From contig CAWFSF010000006.1 in the NCBI GenBank assembly GCA_963818475.1, positions 1,760,001 through 1,824,000 of the forward strand: a DNA stretch of 64,000 nt, given 5' to 3'. Position 1 is the stretch's first letter. The number at the start of each line of letters is the position of its first letter. The notes below the pieces were generated by a model that was not told the origin of the DNA, searched no databases, and worked only from the letters and a program-made list of their open reading frames with translations. Origin of the DNA: Nitrospirota bacterium (GTDB taxonomy: Bacteria > Nitrospirota > UBA9217). Shown piece after piece: positions 63,165-64,000 of this stretch. A program made the position numbers and the translations under genes.

Positions 63165-63896
63165 TTATGCAACCCTTGAGGCTGTCGTGTAAAACTTTCC
63201 GCAGAGGAAACCAACCCCTCCGATAGAAAGCAGTACCCCTCCCAAAAGCGCCCAGAGCGCGCCAGGATCGCGGCAAACGCGGACAAGGGCTGTTTTTTCC
63301 GGACCACTGCTGACCGACTTGCTATAGAGCCCGAACTGGCCGAAATAACGAGGATGGAGCGGTTTGAGGCTCGTGATCCGGACGTCTCCTCCGTCATCCC
63401 AGAGCAGCCTCGCCTCCCAGTCCGCATCATACCCCTGGTGGTCTTTGCGTACAATAACGTCCTGGAGCAACAACGCCTTATCGCCAATCACGACTTTCGG
63501 TTCACCCTCTTTGAGCAACACATCCATTTTGAATCCCATGGATGCCGTGAGCAAATGGCCCAGCATGATGAACAGAACGCCGATGTGCATGACCTGCGGC
63601 GAGAGCTTCAGCAGGAATGCCTGCCAGCCGGTCCGGTTCAAGAGCGCTTGTGCGGTACAGAACAGGGTGCTGACCGCCAGAACAGCAAGCATAACGATCA
63701 TCACGTAGATCCACCAGGTTATCGAGATCGTGCCTGCGGCGGACAGCCATCGGAACAGCGGGGTCTCATCGATGCCGGAGAAGAAGGCAAGATTGCCGGG
63801 AAGCGAGAGCGACCCGATAAAGAGAATAATGATGAACGCCGTGAACAGCCAGAATGCTGTTTTCAGTGAAAGCAGGAATTGCATGATCAGTTTCAT
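63165..63896 (-). CDS. Short ResB-like cytochrome c biogenesis protein
   Basis: LLSLKTA; STLFCT; MHIGVLFIMLGH; RDPGA. Confidence 0.65.
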   Translation of the reverse strand: MKLIMQFLLSLKTAFWLFTAFIIILFIGSLSLPGNLAFFSGIDETPLFRWLSAAGTISITWWIYVMIVMLAVLAVSTLFCTAQALLNRTGWQAFLLKLSPQVMHIGVLFIMLGHLLTASMGFKMDVLLKEGEPKVVIGDKALLLQDVIVRKDHQGYDADWEARLLWDDGGDVRITSLKPLHPRYFGQFGLYSKSVSSGPEKTALVRVCRDPGALWALLGGVLLSIGGVGFLCGKFYTTASRVA

Positions 63897-63922
63897 TCGA
63901 TCTCCGGCATAACGAAGGACTT

Positions 63923-64000
63923 TTAAAACTGCGTCGGCGGGCTCGGCAGGATCGTGCCGACACCGAAATAGGCAAAAAGAGCCACCGGGAAACCGAGCAG
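63923..64000 (-). CDS. 3' end of a membrane protein, possibly CcsA/ResC
   Basis: LLGFPVALFAYFGVGTILPSPPTQF*; adjacent to a ResB-like gene; truncated by window end. Confidence 0.4.
   Translation of the reverse strand: MLGFPVALFAYFGVGTILPSPPTQF

Overview
Mostly chromosomal housekeeping and anaerobic-respiration DNA from a moderately GC-rich bacterium; gene content suggests Nitrospirota or Desulfobacterota, which is inference only. In order: addB (3' part), a RAYT transposase with REPs, addA, degP, a flavin disulfide reductase and typA. Next is a ~12.5 kb, more AT-rich decaying integron (12.1-24.6 kb) with an internally deleted IntI, attI, about a dozen attC or attC-like sites, a PIN toxin-antitoxin cassette, a group IIC intron 3' remnant, an IS1182-like remnant at an attC core, and an ECF-sigma/Fe-S cassette. 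Then come a 13-heme cytochrome c / cytochrome b locus with a CxxCH-containing sensor kinase, lsrF, gpsA, larBC, nadE, rsmI, pyk, an FdhF + AsrA/AsrB-like operon and rubrerythrin. The window ends with a B12 radical SAM gene divergent from an operon with an unannotated selenocysteine (UxxC) redoxin, an FTR1/DUF2318 protein and ResB-like genes. The most striking unexplained structure: two GxxExxY (PD-(D/E)XK-like) genes are each bracketed by their own ~30-bp inverted arms built of three 8-10 nt units (one pair is a perfect 30/30 match). The arms overlap neighbouring gene ends and recur as gene-less copies, like a REP/RAYT-type system run by a different nuclease. Clustered frameshifts (0-4.6 kb, ~19.7, ~36.95, ~46.1 kb) are probably sequencing indels. 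No rRNA, tRNA or CRISPR array was seen.
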